From NCBI GenBank assembly GCA_024276695.1, contig JAJRWR010000027.1, forward strand, positions 2,144 through 66,143: a stretch of 64,000 nt of DNA, given 5' to 3'. Shown here piece after piece: positions 29,623 through 38,803 of the stretch (positions within the stretch are counted from its first letter, which is position 1; each line of letters opens with the position of its first letter). The position numbers and the translations under genes are program-made. The DNA comes from an archaeon. Lineage in GTDB: Archaea; Thermoproteota; Nitrososphaeria; Nitrososphaerales; Nitrosopumilaceae. The notes under the pieces are model-generated. The model searched no databases. It was not told the DNA's origin and saw nothing but the letters and a program-made list of their open reading frames with translations.

Positions 29623-30396
29623 ATGTTTACTGTGAAATTTATAGGTGGGGCAAAAAAATCTTTTCCGATAGAACATCTGAAAATTGACAAATCAAATATT
29701 ACTATTCAGGAATTAATCACTTTGCTGTTCGAACTTAAACCTATGGATACTCCTAAACTCGATACTGATAATGTGTTAATTGCAATTAATGGTGTTGATT
29801 CTTCTGCCATGGATGGAAAATCTACAAAAATAAACGATAATGATCTTATAAGCATAATTCCAATTATTCATGGAGGTTCATCAAAAAAATTCACTTTTGA
29901 ATTCTCTAAAAAACAAATACATGCAATAGAAATTAAAGGCCAAAAATCAATTGATATAAAATTCATTGATGATCTTAGAAAAAAATACCCTAAACTTCTT
30001 CTTCAAGCTGTATCTAGTAATTTTATTTTGAATTCATATCATTTTAAAAAAATTATTTCATTGTCAATGGAATCCCAAAAAAATAATGTTTTACTTTCAA
30101 ATAAACTTGAAACTGATATTCTTATGAGATTTGCTTTAACCAAGCAAATTTCTGACGCAATAAAAAATATTGGGATTAGACCCAAATCTAATTTTATTTT
30201 AATTGCAATAGGAAATAAAAAAACTCTAAATTCTTTATATGATGATCTAATCCCACTTTCTACAAATCTATTTTTAAAAAATAATGAATTATACCTCAAA
30301 AAATATTTCAAAATAACAAAAAAGCACATTGATTCTGTTTATTCAAAAAATCCCTTAGCAGATATTTTAGTCGAAAAAGCTGCGGTATTACTCTGA
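29623..30396 (+). CDS. cgi121: Ubiquitin-like (ThiS/MoaD/Urm1) - KEOPS Cgi121 fusion
   Basis: N-terminal VKFIGG...VLIAING...ISIIPIIHGG; C-terminal ETDILMRFALTKQISDAIK.IG. Confidence 0.85.
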   Translation: MFTVKFIGGAKKSFPIEHLKIDKSNITIQELITLLFELKPMDTPKLDTDNVLIAINGVDSSAMDGKSTKINDNDLISIIPIIHGGSSKKFTFEFSKKQIHAIEIKGQKSIDIKFIDDLRKKYPKLLLQAVSSNFILNSYHFKKIISLSMESQKNNVLLSNKLETDILMRFALTKQISDAIKNIGIRPKSNFILIAIGNKKTLNSLYDDLIPLSTNLFLKNNELYLKKYFKITKKHIDSVYSKNPLADILVEKAAVLL

Positions 30397-30909
30397 TATA
30401 CTACGTTTAGTTTTTTCAGTACTTAGAATATCTGATTTTTTTAGTATGGAGATACCTGTCTTATTGCCCAAAATTTCTATTAAGAGAATTTTATCTGGGA
30501 ATTCTAGAGATACTTTATTTTTTATTTTACCTGCAATTTTTGTTATTATTTCTTTACTGGATAAATCTGAATTTCTTTTCTCAATTGATATCCGGTATGT
30601 TTCATCATCTAAAATTTGATTAGATAACCCTGCAACACTTTTCTCTATTTCATCAATTTTTGATTCAATGACTTTCTGTATAGGTATGATTCTTTTACAA
30701 TATCTAACGCTCCATGGCTCGTCAATAAGCATTTCTTTGATTTTTTTTACAACCTCTATGGGATCAAGGTGTGTATCTGCTATCAAAATCCCTGACATAT
30801 TTGTAATTGAAACTTTAACATCTGAATCCCCAAATTCTTCTAAAATATCCATTAATTCCTCTTCTGTTTCTGGTTCAAGATGTCTAGGACATGTAATTAT
30901 CAGATTCAT
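30388..30909 (-). CDS. Stand-alone THUMP domain protein
   Basis: TYRISIEKRNS...VSLEFPDKILLIEILG. Confidence 0.85.
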   Translation of the reverse strand: MNLIITCPRHLEPETEEELMDILEEFGDSDVKVSITNMSGILIADTHLDPIEVVKKIKEMLIDEPWSVRYCKRIIPIQKVIESKIDEIEKSVAGLSNQILDDETYRISIEKRNSDLSSKEIITKIAGKIKNKVSLEFPDKILLIEILGNKTGISILKKSDILSTEKTKRSISE

Positions 30910-31502
30910 ATCTGTAAAATTTCTTCTTTACTTAAAGAACCTTCCCGGATAATTTTGATCTCTTCATTTTCTATTTCTATAACTGTTGATTCACCTTTAC
31001 TTGAAATTATCCCATCATCAACAAATACATCATAACCTTTAATCTCTTTCAAACAGTTTTTTGGATTTGTATGTGATAGATTTCCAGAAATGTTTGCACT
31101 AGTTCCAATAAGAAAATTACATTTTTTCAATAATTCTAATATACATTGATGATTAGGTACTCTAATTGCAATTTTGTCTTTCAAGTTCAATGATTCTTTA
31201 ATTTTTTCATCTTTTACTTTTAAAATTATTGTTAATGGACCTGGCCAAAATTTATCAGCAATTTTTTCTGTAATATTATCAAACTGAACAATCTTTTTAG
31301 CTGTTTCTTTTGAATATGTTAAAACTGGAAGTGATTTTATAATATTTCTAGATTTAATTTTATAGATTTTTTCCACTGATGTTTTATTATATGGATTACA
31401 TCCTATTCCATAAACTGTATCTGTGGGAAATATCACAATTCCTCCATCTCCGATTATTTGCGAAGCTATTCTGATTCCCTCTTTATCACAATTTACTTTC
31501 AA
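30906..31502 (-). CDS. sua5: L-threonylcarbamoyladenylate synthase (TsaC/Sua5 YrdC domain)
   Basis: FPTDTVYGIG, KSR...KSL, FWPGPLT, AIRVP, TSANISG, STVI. Confidence 0.94.
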   Translation of the reverse strand: MKVNCDKEGIRIASQIIGDGGIVIFPTDTVYGIGCNPYNKTSVEKIYKIKSRNIIKSLPVLTYSKETAKKIVQFDNITEKIADKFWPGPLTIILKVKDEKIKESLNLKDKIAIRVPNHQCILELLKKCNFLIGTSANISGNLSHTNPKNCLKEIKGYDVFVDDGIISSKGESTVIEIENEEIKIIREGSLSKEEILQI

Positions 31503-31583
31503 TATGTCGTCTAGATTTTTTTCTTTAATTATAATTTACTTTTAAATAAGTTTTTAACAGTTCATACTCTAATTTGAAAAAGT

Positions 31584-31655
31584 ATGTCCTCTACTGATTA
31601 TGAAGATACAGATTTTGATGATAATTTAGATGAATTTGATGAGGTAAGTGATTAG
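31584..31655 (+). CDS. Possible 23-aa acidic micropeptide (not in track)
   Basis: MSSTDYEDTDFDDNLDEFDEVSD*; TTTAAATA box about 40 nt upstream. Confidence 0.4.
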   Translation: MSSTDYEDTDFDDNLDEFDEVSD

Positions 31656-31939
31656 ATACTCAATCCAAAATTATCTGCAAAGTTTGTAAATGAATAATAT
31701 GCTTGCAAAAATTCCCTTCCATTTTCACTAATTTTATATTTGTGTGAGCCTTGATTATCTACTTTTTCTAAAAGACCTTGTGATACCAAGGTTTTCAGTA
31801 TTGTTGAAATTCTGGAATGTGAAATGTTTGCTTTTCTAATTAGATAAGTGACTGATGCTCCATCTTCATCTTGAAGATCATCTCTAGTTGTTGCTAAAAT
31901 ATCTCCAATTATTTTCATATGGGTTCTATATTCAGCCAT
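31652..31939 (-). CDS. Winged-helix transcriptional regulator
   Basis: YRTHMKIIGDIL...KANISHSRI..IL..LV.QGLL......Y.IS.NGREFL. Confidence 0.88.
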   Translation of the reverse strand: MAEYRTHMKIIGDILATTRDDLQDEDGASVTYLIRKANISHSRISTILKTLVSQGLLEKVDNQGSHKYKISENGREFLQAYYSFTNFADNFGLSI

Positions 31940-32056
31940 TTTCTCTATGAATAATTATTTTAATTTCTATGATAGGACACTGATATTTTCCAATATACTA
32001 AAAAGATAAAAGAATTTGACAAATTTTCAAAATTCAGGAAATTTGAGCCTGATACG

Positions 32057-32701
32057 TCATTTCCCAAAATCTTCATCAAATTTTATCTTGGTTAAAGGTA
32101 CCTTGCTAACTGGAATGAATAATGCTATCAATCCTCCGATTTTGATTATCATTGATGCTGGATATAGAATTGAATCTGGAAATACAAATGAATACCATCC
32201 CAAAAATTCCCCTAATGCTAAAAGTCCCAATCCTACTGAAACTGAAATAGCTCCCTTATTCTTATTTTCAAAGTATGATAACATTGTCTCAATTGCACCA
32301 TATGCCAACAAAATAAACGAAACAGATCTGAAGATGTGTTCTAATTGAACCGATGATACTAAGAATAAAGGAAATATTCCAACTGATCTAAAATAACTAG
32401 ATTTTGGAAAAAATGATTTTATGCTATGTGAAAATGCAATAAAAAAATATCCTACTGTTTGTATTGCAATTCCTAAAGTCTGAATCCATCTTTCAATATT
32501 GCCTGACTTTATCACAAAATCTTCTATCATGTATCCTGTCCATATGACAAAAAACCCTAAACTAATTGAAAAAAATGCAATTGTTAATCTAAATAATGTT
32601 GGACTTCCAGTATTTCTAAATCCAATATATGACATTATTCCTATTGCAAGTCCTACCAAAAATCCTACTAAATTAAGAATATTTTCTAATAAAAATTCCA
32701 A
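32057..32701 (-). CDS. Multi-pass (about 7 TM) membrane protein
   Basis: About seven hydrophobic segments; TTG start. Confidence 0.8.
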   Translation of the reverse strand: MEFLLENILNLVGFLVGLAIGIMSYIGFRNTGSPTLFRLTIAFFSISLGFFVIWTGYMIEDFVIKSGNIERWIQTLGIAIQTVGYFFIAFSHSIKSFFPKSSYFRSVGIFPLFLVSSVQLEHIFRSVSFILLAYGAIETMLSYFENKNKGAISVSVGLGLLALGEFLGWYSFVFPDSILYPASMIIKIGGLIALFIPVSKVPLTKIKFDEDFGK

Positions 32702-32761
32702 TGATGAATAGAAATGTGTTTAACTAATTATTTTAATCTGATGAATGATTACACTATTTTG

Positions 32762-32971
32762 TTAATCCCATTCATCTAATGAACCTGAAGTATGGCCTTC
32801 TGTACTACTTGCATAATCTCCTAAAATATCTGAATATTTTGATTCATTATGAGCCACAAATTTTACATATTCCCCATAACTCATATCCAAATCACACGAA
32901 CCACATTTCACTACTGAATAATCCATTGCCAAATCTGCATCTTCCTTACATTTTGGGCATTTTATCTTCAT
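32762..32971 (-). CDS. Small zinc-ribbon protein
   Basis: CPKC...CGSC. Confidence 0.7.
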   Translation of the reverse strand: MKIKCPKCKEDADLAMDYSVVKCGSCDLDMSYGEYVKFVAHNESKYSDILGDYASSTEGHTSGSLDEWD

Positions 32972-33048
32972 GCTCACATAGTTCTTTGATAATTATTATT
33001 GTTTTATATTCAAAAAAAGATAAAAGGAGTTCATTATTCTCAATTTCT

Positions 33049-33330
33049 ATGAGTCGAACTTGTACCAAATGTAAGAATTCTATTCCTGATAATGAAGAAC
33101 TTGGAGTTGTAGCTGCAAAATATCCTACATGTAACAAATGTTGGGCTGAATGGAAAGAATATCAAATCATGGTTATGAATGAGATGAAACTTGACATGTC
33201 TATGCTAGATCATAGAAAATTATTGAAAAAGCATGAGAAAATCTTTGTAGGTGTTTTGTCTCCTGAAGGAGAAGTAATCGATTACAGTAATGAAGATAAC
33301 AGAAAACCTGATGAGCCTACAAATGTCTAA
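33049..33330 (+). CDS. YggX-like Fe(II)-trafficking protein with extra Cys
   Basis: CW.EWK..Q.MVMNE.KLDM....RK.L......F matches the YggX pattern; true ATG at 33049. Confidence 0.75.
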   Translation: MSRTCTKCKNSIPDNEELGVVAAKYPTCNKCWAEWKEYQIMVMNEMKLDMSMLDHRKLLKKHEKIFVGVLSPEGEVIDYSNEDNRKPDEPTNV

Positions 33331-33833
33331 AAATTCAAATGTTTTTTAGCATTTTCTGGTATAACAATCATAATTCGTCTTTTTGAATTTTCATCTAGAT
33401 TACTGATAATTTTTTTAATTGTATTTGCAAGAATTTCTCTCTCATTTTCTTCTAATGTCAAAAATATTTCCAAAATTCCATCGATGTTAAAAGTGATTAG
33501 TTTTTGAGGTGATCGTGCAACTTCTGTAATGTAAGCTGAAAATAGTCCCACTCTTTGCTCTTCAGTTAATGTTGTTAAAATTTTAAGCCATGTTTTGAAA
33601 AGTTTTGAAAAGTTAGGGAAAGGAATTGTAGGACCTGCTTCTAATGCATTGTTAATAACTTCCATTCTTTCAGGTTCTGATAATGAAAAGAATTCTATCA
33701 TTCTCTTTTTCAAAATTGGGTTTCTTAGAAAATCTGGTAAATTAGCCAAGTTAATAATTATATTTCCTGCAAAATTTTCACCTACCATAGATCTAAACGA
33801 ATCAGTGTTGAATATAAAATCATGTGAAAACAC
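33327..33833 (-). CDS. Hypothetical protein
   Basis: Helical ORF; start may be the downstream ATG (MVGENF). Confidence 0.75.
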   Translation of the reverse strand: MFSHDFIFNTDSFRSMVGENFAGNIIINLANLPDFLRNPILKKRMIEFFSLSEPERMEVINNALEAGPTIPFPNFSKLFKTWLKILTTLTEEQRVGLFSAYITEVARSPQKLITFNIDGILEIFLTLEENEREILANTIKKIISNLDENSKRRIMIVIPENAKKHLNF

Positions 33834-33868
33834 TTTAGCTTAAATAAACGAAATAAAAGTTGAACAAT

Positions 33869-34870
33869 ATGACATCAACTGTAGTTGTTGGAGGATTTTT
33901 TGGTGATTAAGGTAAAGGAAAGATCATCTCATATTTGGCAATTAAAGATAATCCAAAAATAATTGTACGTGGTGGCGCTGGTCCAAATGCTGGCCATACA
34001 ATTAGAGATGGTGATAAAGTGTATAAAGTAAGAATGCTTCCAAGCGGATTTCTAAATAAAAATGTCAAAGTAATGATTGGGCCTGGAGTTGTAATTAACC
34101 CTGATGTTCTCAACAAGGAAATTCAGGATTTTGATGTAACAGGACGTTCATTTATAGATAAACACTGTGGAGTAATTGAAGAAACTCATCTGAATAGAGA
34201 TTCAAAAGGCGAATTAAAAGAAAAAATTGGAAGTACTGGTTCGGGCACTGGTCCTGCGAATGCTGACCGTGCTATGAGAATTTTAAAACTAGCAAAAGAT
34301 TTTGATTCTTTATCTTCATTAATTGTTGATGTCCCTTTAGAAGTAAATTCTACGCTTGATGCAAATGAAAATGTCTTGATAGAAGGAACACAAGGAACAT
34401 TTCTTTCACTGTGGCATGGAACCTATCCATTTGTAACTTCAAAAGATGTTACAGCCTCTGGAATTTGTGCTGATATTGGTCTTGGTCCCACTAAAGTTGA
34501 TGAAGTAATTGTTGTTTTCAAATCTTATGTCACGCGTGTTGGAACTGGACCTCTTGACAAAGAGCTTTCTCTTGAAGATGCAGAAAAAAAAGGTTGGTCT
34601 GAATTTGGTACAGTTACTGGAAGGCAAAGAAGGGCTGCTGACTTTGATTTTGATTTAGCTAGGCGTGCAATCATGCTCAATAGTGCAACACAAATTTCAA
34701 TTACTAAATTAGATGTACTTTTTACAGATTGTGCAGGAAAAACTTCTTATGATGAACTATCTGATGATGCAAAAGCATTCATTGCAAATATTGAAAAAGA
34801 ATTAAACACGCCTGTTACAATAATTGGAACTGGTCCAGATGTAAATGATGTCATTGATAGAAGAAACTAG
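33869..34870 (+). pseudogene. purA: Adenylosuccinate synthetase with in-frame TAA at codon 14
   Basis: MTSTVVVGGFFGD*GKGK; then GPNAGHT, GSTGSGTGP, EGTQG, YPFVTS, TRVGTGP, GTVTGRQRR. Confidence 0.92.
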
Positions 34871-34919
34871 GCTCCTATGTTTTGGATAAGTTTAATTTGT
34901 TAATCCACAGGTAATCCCT

Positions 34920-35600
34920 GTGGACAAGTTACAAACTACTGATAAATTACCACGTTATATTCAAGTTTATTCAACTTTAGAATTCACTAGACTCGTTTGT
35001 GCATTAGAACGTGCTCCACGTGTTTCTTTTTTACATGATTATGATGGAAAGAAAATTCTATCTGTACAAATGGATGTTTTAAAAGAAAAACCCATTGTCT
35101 ACTATACTCATCTAGAAAATAATGGCCATTATCTTTGCTATGGATTGAAAGGAGGAAAAGAAAAATCCGAAATTGTTGATACAACTTCTGATGCTAGTAA
35201 ACTGTATTCTCCAATTGTAAGAATAAAATCCCTCCCTAAAACATTGCAACCTGGTAATGGAACTTTAGATCGATACCAACCAATTCAACTGGAAGATATA
35301 TTCAGTCTAGCAAAACTTACTTGGGGTATTGAAGAAATTCCATTTCCTCTGTTTTCGTTCCCTCACAATGATAAATGGCTAATTGGTGTTTTCATGAATT
35401 TTAATGACGAAGGGACATCTTACTTTTGTCATGTTGTGTTAGATTCCGATCCAGAAAAACCATTTTTGAAATTTACAACTACAAATAGTTCCCAACCAAC
35501 ATTTGTGGAAAATCCATCTGAACATGGTTTTTCTTATATAAAAATAATAAAATTAAAAGACACACATCCACTAGTTGATTATGGCCACCTTCAAAACTAG
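34920..35600 (+). CDS. Hypothetical protein
   Basis: 226 aa, GTG start, overlaps pyrF. Confidence 0.75.
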   Translation: MDKLQTTDKLPRYIQVYSTLEFTRLVCALERAPRVSFLHDYDGKKILSVQMDVLKEKPIVYYTHLENNGHYLCYGLKGGKEKSEIVDTTSDASKLYSPIVRIKSLPKTLQPGNGTLDRYQPIQLEDIFSLAKLTWGIEEIPFPLFSFPHNDKWLIGVFMNFNDEGTSYFCHVVLDSDPEKPFLKFTTTNSSQPTFVENPSEHGFSYIKIIKLKDTHPLVDYGHLQN

Positions 35601-36321
35601 ACTTTCACAGATTTCAAAAACTAATGGCAAAGTCATTCTTGCCAACGACTATGATCTATCTGTTAAAAATTTGGAATCAAAAACTATCCAAAATATCAAA
35701 CAACTACACCCATTTCTATGTGGAATTAAACTAAATTTCCATTTACTTTTACCTTTAAGTAGAAAAGAAATTATAAAAATAAACAAAACCGCTCACAAGT
35801 ATGGGTTACAAACAATTGCAGATATTAAACTCAATGATATTGGAAATACAAACAGAGTAACTACAGAACATTTGTGGAATTTGGGATTTGATGCAGTAAT
35901 TGCAAATCCAATAATGGGTCTTGATAGTCTAAAAAATCTCGTAAAATCTGCTCATAAAAATGGAAAAGGAGTAATTACTTTGTGTCATATGAGTGCACCT
36001 GAGGCTAAATTATCATATGATGTGGAAATCAAAATGGGTAAAAAACAACAATTGTACCATCTATTTCTGAATTGGGCCATTACTGCAAAGGTTGATGGTA
36101 TTATCGTAGGAGCTACGTTTCCAAAAATTATTCAATTCTGTTCTAAAAAAGCAGGAAAAAATCTGAGTATTTTCTCTCCAGGTGTTGGAACTCAAGGTGG
36201 AAATGCTAATGAAGTAATTTCATCTGGAACTGATTACTTGATTGTTGGCAGAACGATTTTGAATTCTAAAAATCCTACATATGTTGCAAAAGAATTACAG
36301 CTACAGAGTTTTGGAAAGTAA
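35581..36321 (+). CDS. pyrF: Orotidine 5'-phosphate decarboxylase
   Basis: IADIKLNDIGNT, MSAP, SPGVG.QGG, IVGRTI. Confidence 0.93.
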   Translation: MATFKTRLSQISKTNGKVILANDYDLSVKNLESKTIQNIKQLHPFLCGIKLNFHLLLPLSRKEIIKINKTAHKYGLQTIADIKLNDIGNTNRVTTEHLWNLGFDAVIANPIMGLDSLKNLVKSAHKNGKGVITLCHMSAPEAKLSYDVEIKMGKKQQLYHLFLNWAITAKVDGIIVGATFPKIIQFCSKKAGKNLSIFSPGVGTQGGNANEVISSGTDYLIVGRTILNSKNPTYVAKELQLQSFGK

Positions 36322-36720
36322 TGCTTGTGCTTTTGTTAAAACAGTCTTTGCATTATCAAATGTAGTTTTTTCCATAGCAGTGTTATAACTCATCCATGTA
36401 TAATCAATATGTTCATGTGAAATTTTAACATCACTTGTTTTTGTTTCAGCTAAGAAAAATACTACTTTTTTATGAACTAATTCTCCTTGATATTGAAAAT
36501 TATATTCAATCCATTCTTCAAAGTTTTCTAAAAATATAATATCTGAAATTCCTGTCTCTTCTTGTGTTTCTCTGATTGCTGTTTCTTGAATTGATTCTCC
36601 CTTTTCCATTTTACCCTTTACAAAGTCCCAATGTCCTGAAGGATAATGCAAAAGTAAAAATAAATTTCCTGATCCTTCTTTTCTAAATAGTACAACCCCG
36701 GCAGATGTTTCTTCAATCAT
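36301..36720 (-). CDS. NUDIX hydrolase (Ap4A hydrolase-like)
   Basis: HWDFVKGKMEKGE....AIRETQEETGI; SHEH..Y.W. Confidence 0.92.
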   Translation of the reverse strand: MIEETSAGVVLFRKEGSGNLFLLLHYPSGHWDFVKGKMEKGESIQETAIRETQEETGISDIIFLENFEEWIEYNFQYQGELVHKKVVFFLAETKTSDVKISHEHIDYTWMSYNTAMEKTTFDNAKTVLTKAQALLSKTL

Positions 36721-37508
36721 TTACCTAACCTTCTTTTCCTCTCTTGATAAGTCCTAATTGCCCTCATTAAATCTATTTTTCTAAATTCGGGCCAAAAAAT
36801 ATCCATAAAGATCAACTCACTGTATGCACTTTGCCACATGAGAAATCCACTTAATCTCTTTTCTCCAGATGTTCTTAATACCATATCTGGAGACGATTGT
36901 GGTAAATGTGATGTGTATAAATTTAATTCAATCTCTTTTTTATTAATATCTTTCACATCCAGTGAACCCCCTTTGATTTTTTCCCCAATCTTCTTTACTG
37001 CATCTACTAATTCATTTTGTCCACCATATGCAAGTGCAATATTTAGAAAATGATTATCATAGTTCTTTGTTGCATTATCTAATTCTTTTAAAATTTCTTT
37101 GATAGATTTTGGAAGTAATTCGATTCTACCAATTCCCTTTACTCTCATCTTACTTCGATGAATTCTAGGATCATTGAGTAATTTCTCCAATCGTATGCGA
37201 ATTAATTCATAGAGATGTTCCAACTCTTCATCATCTCTATCTAGGTTTTCTGCAGAAAGTGCATATAAAGTGACAATTTTAATATTAAATTCTTCACACC
37301 AGTCAAGAAGATTTTCTACCGCATCAGCACCTTTCCAATGCCCTTTTTTTGGCATTGATAGATGTCTTTTTGCCCATCTTCTGTTACCATCTAAAATTAA
37401 AGCAACATGATTTGGAATATCTCCATTTTGAATTTCTCTCTCTAATTTTTTTCCATATATTTTATAGAGACCTGATAACTGAAAAACTAAATCTTTGATC
37501 TTGCTAAT
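36717..37508 (-). CDS. uppS: cis-prenyltransferase (UppS); initiation probably at ATT
   Basis: PNHVALILDGNRRWA lies upstream of the first ATG. YALSAENL, RTSGEKRLSGFL.WQ. Open frame begins at ATT 37508. Confidence 0.9.
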   Translation of the reverse strand: MSKIKDLVFQLSGLYKIYGKKLEREIQNGDIPNHVALILDGNRRWAKRHLSMPKKGHWKGADAVENLLDWCEEFNIKIVTLYALSAENLDRDDEELEHLYELIRIRLEKLLNDPRIHRSKMRVKGIGRIELLPKSIKEILKELDNATKNYDNHFLNIALAYGGQNELVDAVKKIGEKIKGGSLDVKDINKKEIELNLYTSHLPQSSPDMVLRTSGEKRLSGFLMWQSAYSELIFMDIFWPEFRKIDLMRAIRTYQERKRRLGK

Positions 37509-37513
37509 ACATT

Positions 37514-37519
37514 ATCACC
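37514..37519 (-). promoter_or_regulatory. Shine-Dalgarno GGTGAT 5 nt upstream of uppS ATT
   Basis: Matches the archaeal anti-SD core. Confidence 0.5.
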
Positions 37520-37586
37520 ACTTGATGATTCATATCTGATTGAAGATATCAGTGTTATTCAGGAATTGATTAATTTTAGAATGAAT

Positions 37587-38732
37587 TTAGTCTGAAATCA
37601 TCTCTTGATCTTTGTGTTTTTTGTATTTTTTAAAGAGAATTGTGGCTGAAATCAATGTTGCTGCCAAGCCTCCAAGTAAAGGCGGAATCAAAGTAAGTGA
37701 AGGCTCATCATGAATCATAATATTTGTGAATTGCAATATGGTTGGATAAAGGGCACCTAACACAATAATTCTTAAAATATCACTAATCTGTCTTGGAATT
37801 CCTCCAATCCAATTACTTAGTAATGTTCCAGCAAATATTGAACCCATTCCTATCCATAAAATTGGTATTGCCCCTGATACGAATTGTCCCACTATCACTT
37901 TGTCAGTAATTATTTTGATGAATTGTATGTCTACTTCAATTAATTCTTGATCAACTGCACTAACACCAGCTGGCACTGATGAAAGAATTAGCAAAACTCC
38001 TGCTACCATAGTAAACATTCTGATAAAACCCATCGGTGTTGGTTTTGACCAATTTGACCAAACTCTGTCAATATCAAATGCTCTAATCAAAAATGCACCA
38101 CCTAGAATACTTACTAGTACTGCAAATATTTCTGCAGTATATCCAAATACAGTAGCTATGCCTCCTATCAACAAAAGAATTCCTGGAACTCCTAAAAAGA
38201 ATTTTGAATATTTTGAATCATATGCAAGCATTTTTAGATATTTTCCAAAAACTGCATAGGAATATTCTACACTTCTACTAACTTTCATTACCACTCGCTG
38301 TACTGATACTACTGGAAGTACATTTTGAATTACTGGTATAACACTTTCGTCATCTTCTCCATCTGATACAATTACTGCACCATTTGCAGAAAATTTTTCT
38401 AAAACTTTTCTTGTTTCAACAAGAATTTTTTCATCTGCTTGAACTCCTCTATCTTTAACTCCTGCAATAGTTACAACTTCTACTTGGTAACCTTTACTGA
38501 TTAAATCTTCATATGTTTTAATTGCAGCAAAAATTGAATTTGAATCTGCATCTTCTGGATCTTCTAAAGCTAATCTTTGAGCTGCTTCAATACATGCATC
38601 TCTACCAATTACAGGTGTGATAATCCCTGCCTTTTCACCTACATCATTATCTCTATCAATACAAATAACTAATAATTTGTTGGCAGTAGATGCGTTAACA
38701 TCTTTTTCAACTTTACCTGTTTGATGAGACAT
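37587..38732 (-). CDS. DUF373 family membrane protein
   Basis: LVICIDRDNDVG.K, DPEDADSNS, VSDGEDDE, multi-TM C-terminus. Confidence 0.88.
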   Translation of the reverse strand: MSHQTGKVEKDVNASTANKLLVICIDRDNDVGEKAGIITPVIGRDACIEAAQRLALEDPEDADSNSIFAAIKTYEDLISKGYQVEVVTIAGVKDRGVQADEKILVETRKVLEKFSANGAVIVSDGEDDESVIPVIQNVLPVVSVQRVVMKVSRSVEYSYAVFGKYLKMLAYDSKYSKFFLGVPGILLLIGGIATVFGYTAEIFAVLVSILGGAFLIRAFDIDRVWSNWSKPTPMGFIRMFTMVAGVLLILSSVPAGVSAVDQELIEVDIQFIKIITDKVIVGQFVSGAIPILWIGMGSIFAGTLLSNWIGGIPRQISDILRIIVLGALYPTILQFTNIMIHDEPSLTLIPPLLGGLAATLISATILFKKYKKHKDQEMISD

Positions 38733-38803
38733 TCTAATTTTAATTACAGAATTGCTTTTTAACGATTTCCAACCAATATGAATAGTAAAATTCGGTTTTG
38801 AGC

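Noticed and set aside
32701-32745. Box C/D sRNA (ATGATGA ... CTGA)
   Set aside because: Only 30 AT-rich nt between the boxes, with no recognisable D'/C' pair; it overlaps a promoter/start region.
32779-33048. N-terminal half of the 183-aa track ORF
   Set aside because: Antisense shadow of the zinc-ribbon gene; homology-like signal begins only at ATG 33049.
33908-33910. TAA reassignment (alternative genetic code)
   Set aside because: TAA terminates many conserved genes at their expected ends in this window (pheT, valS, top6A), so a global reassignment is not supported.
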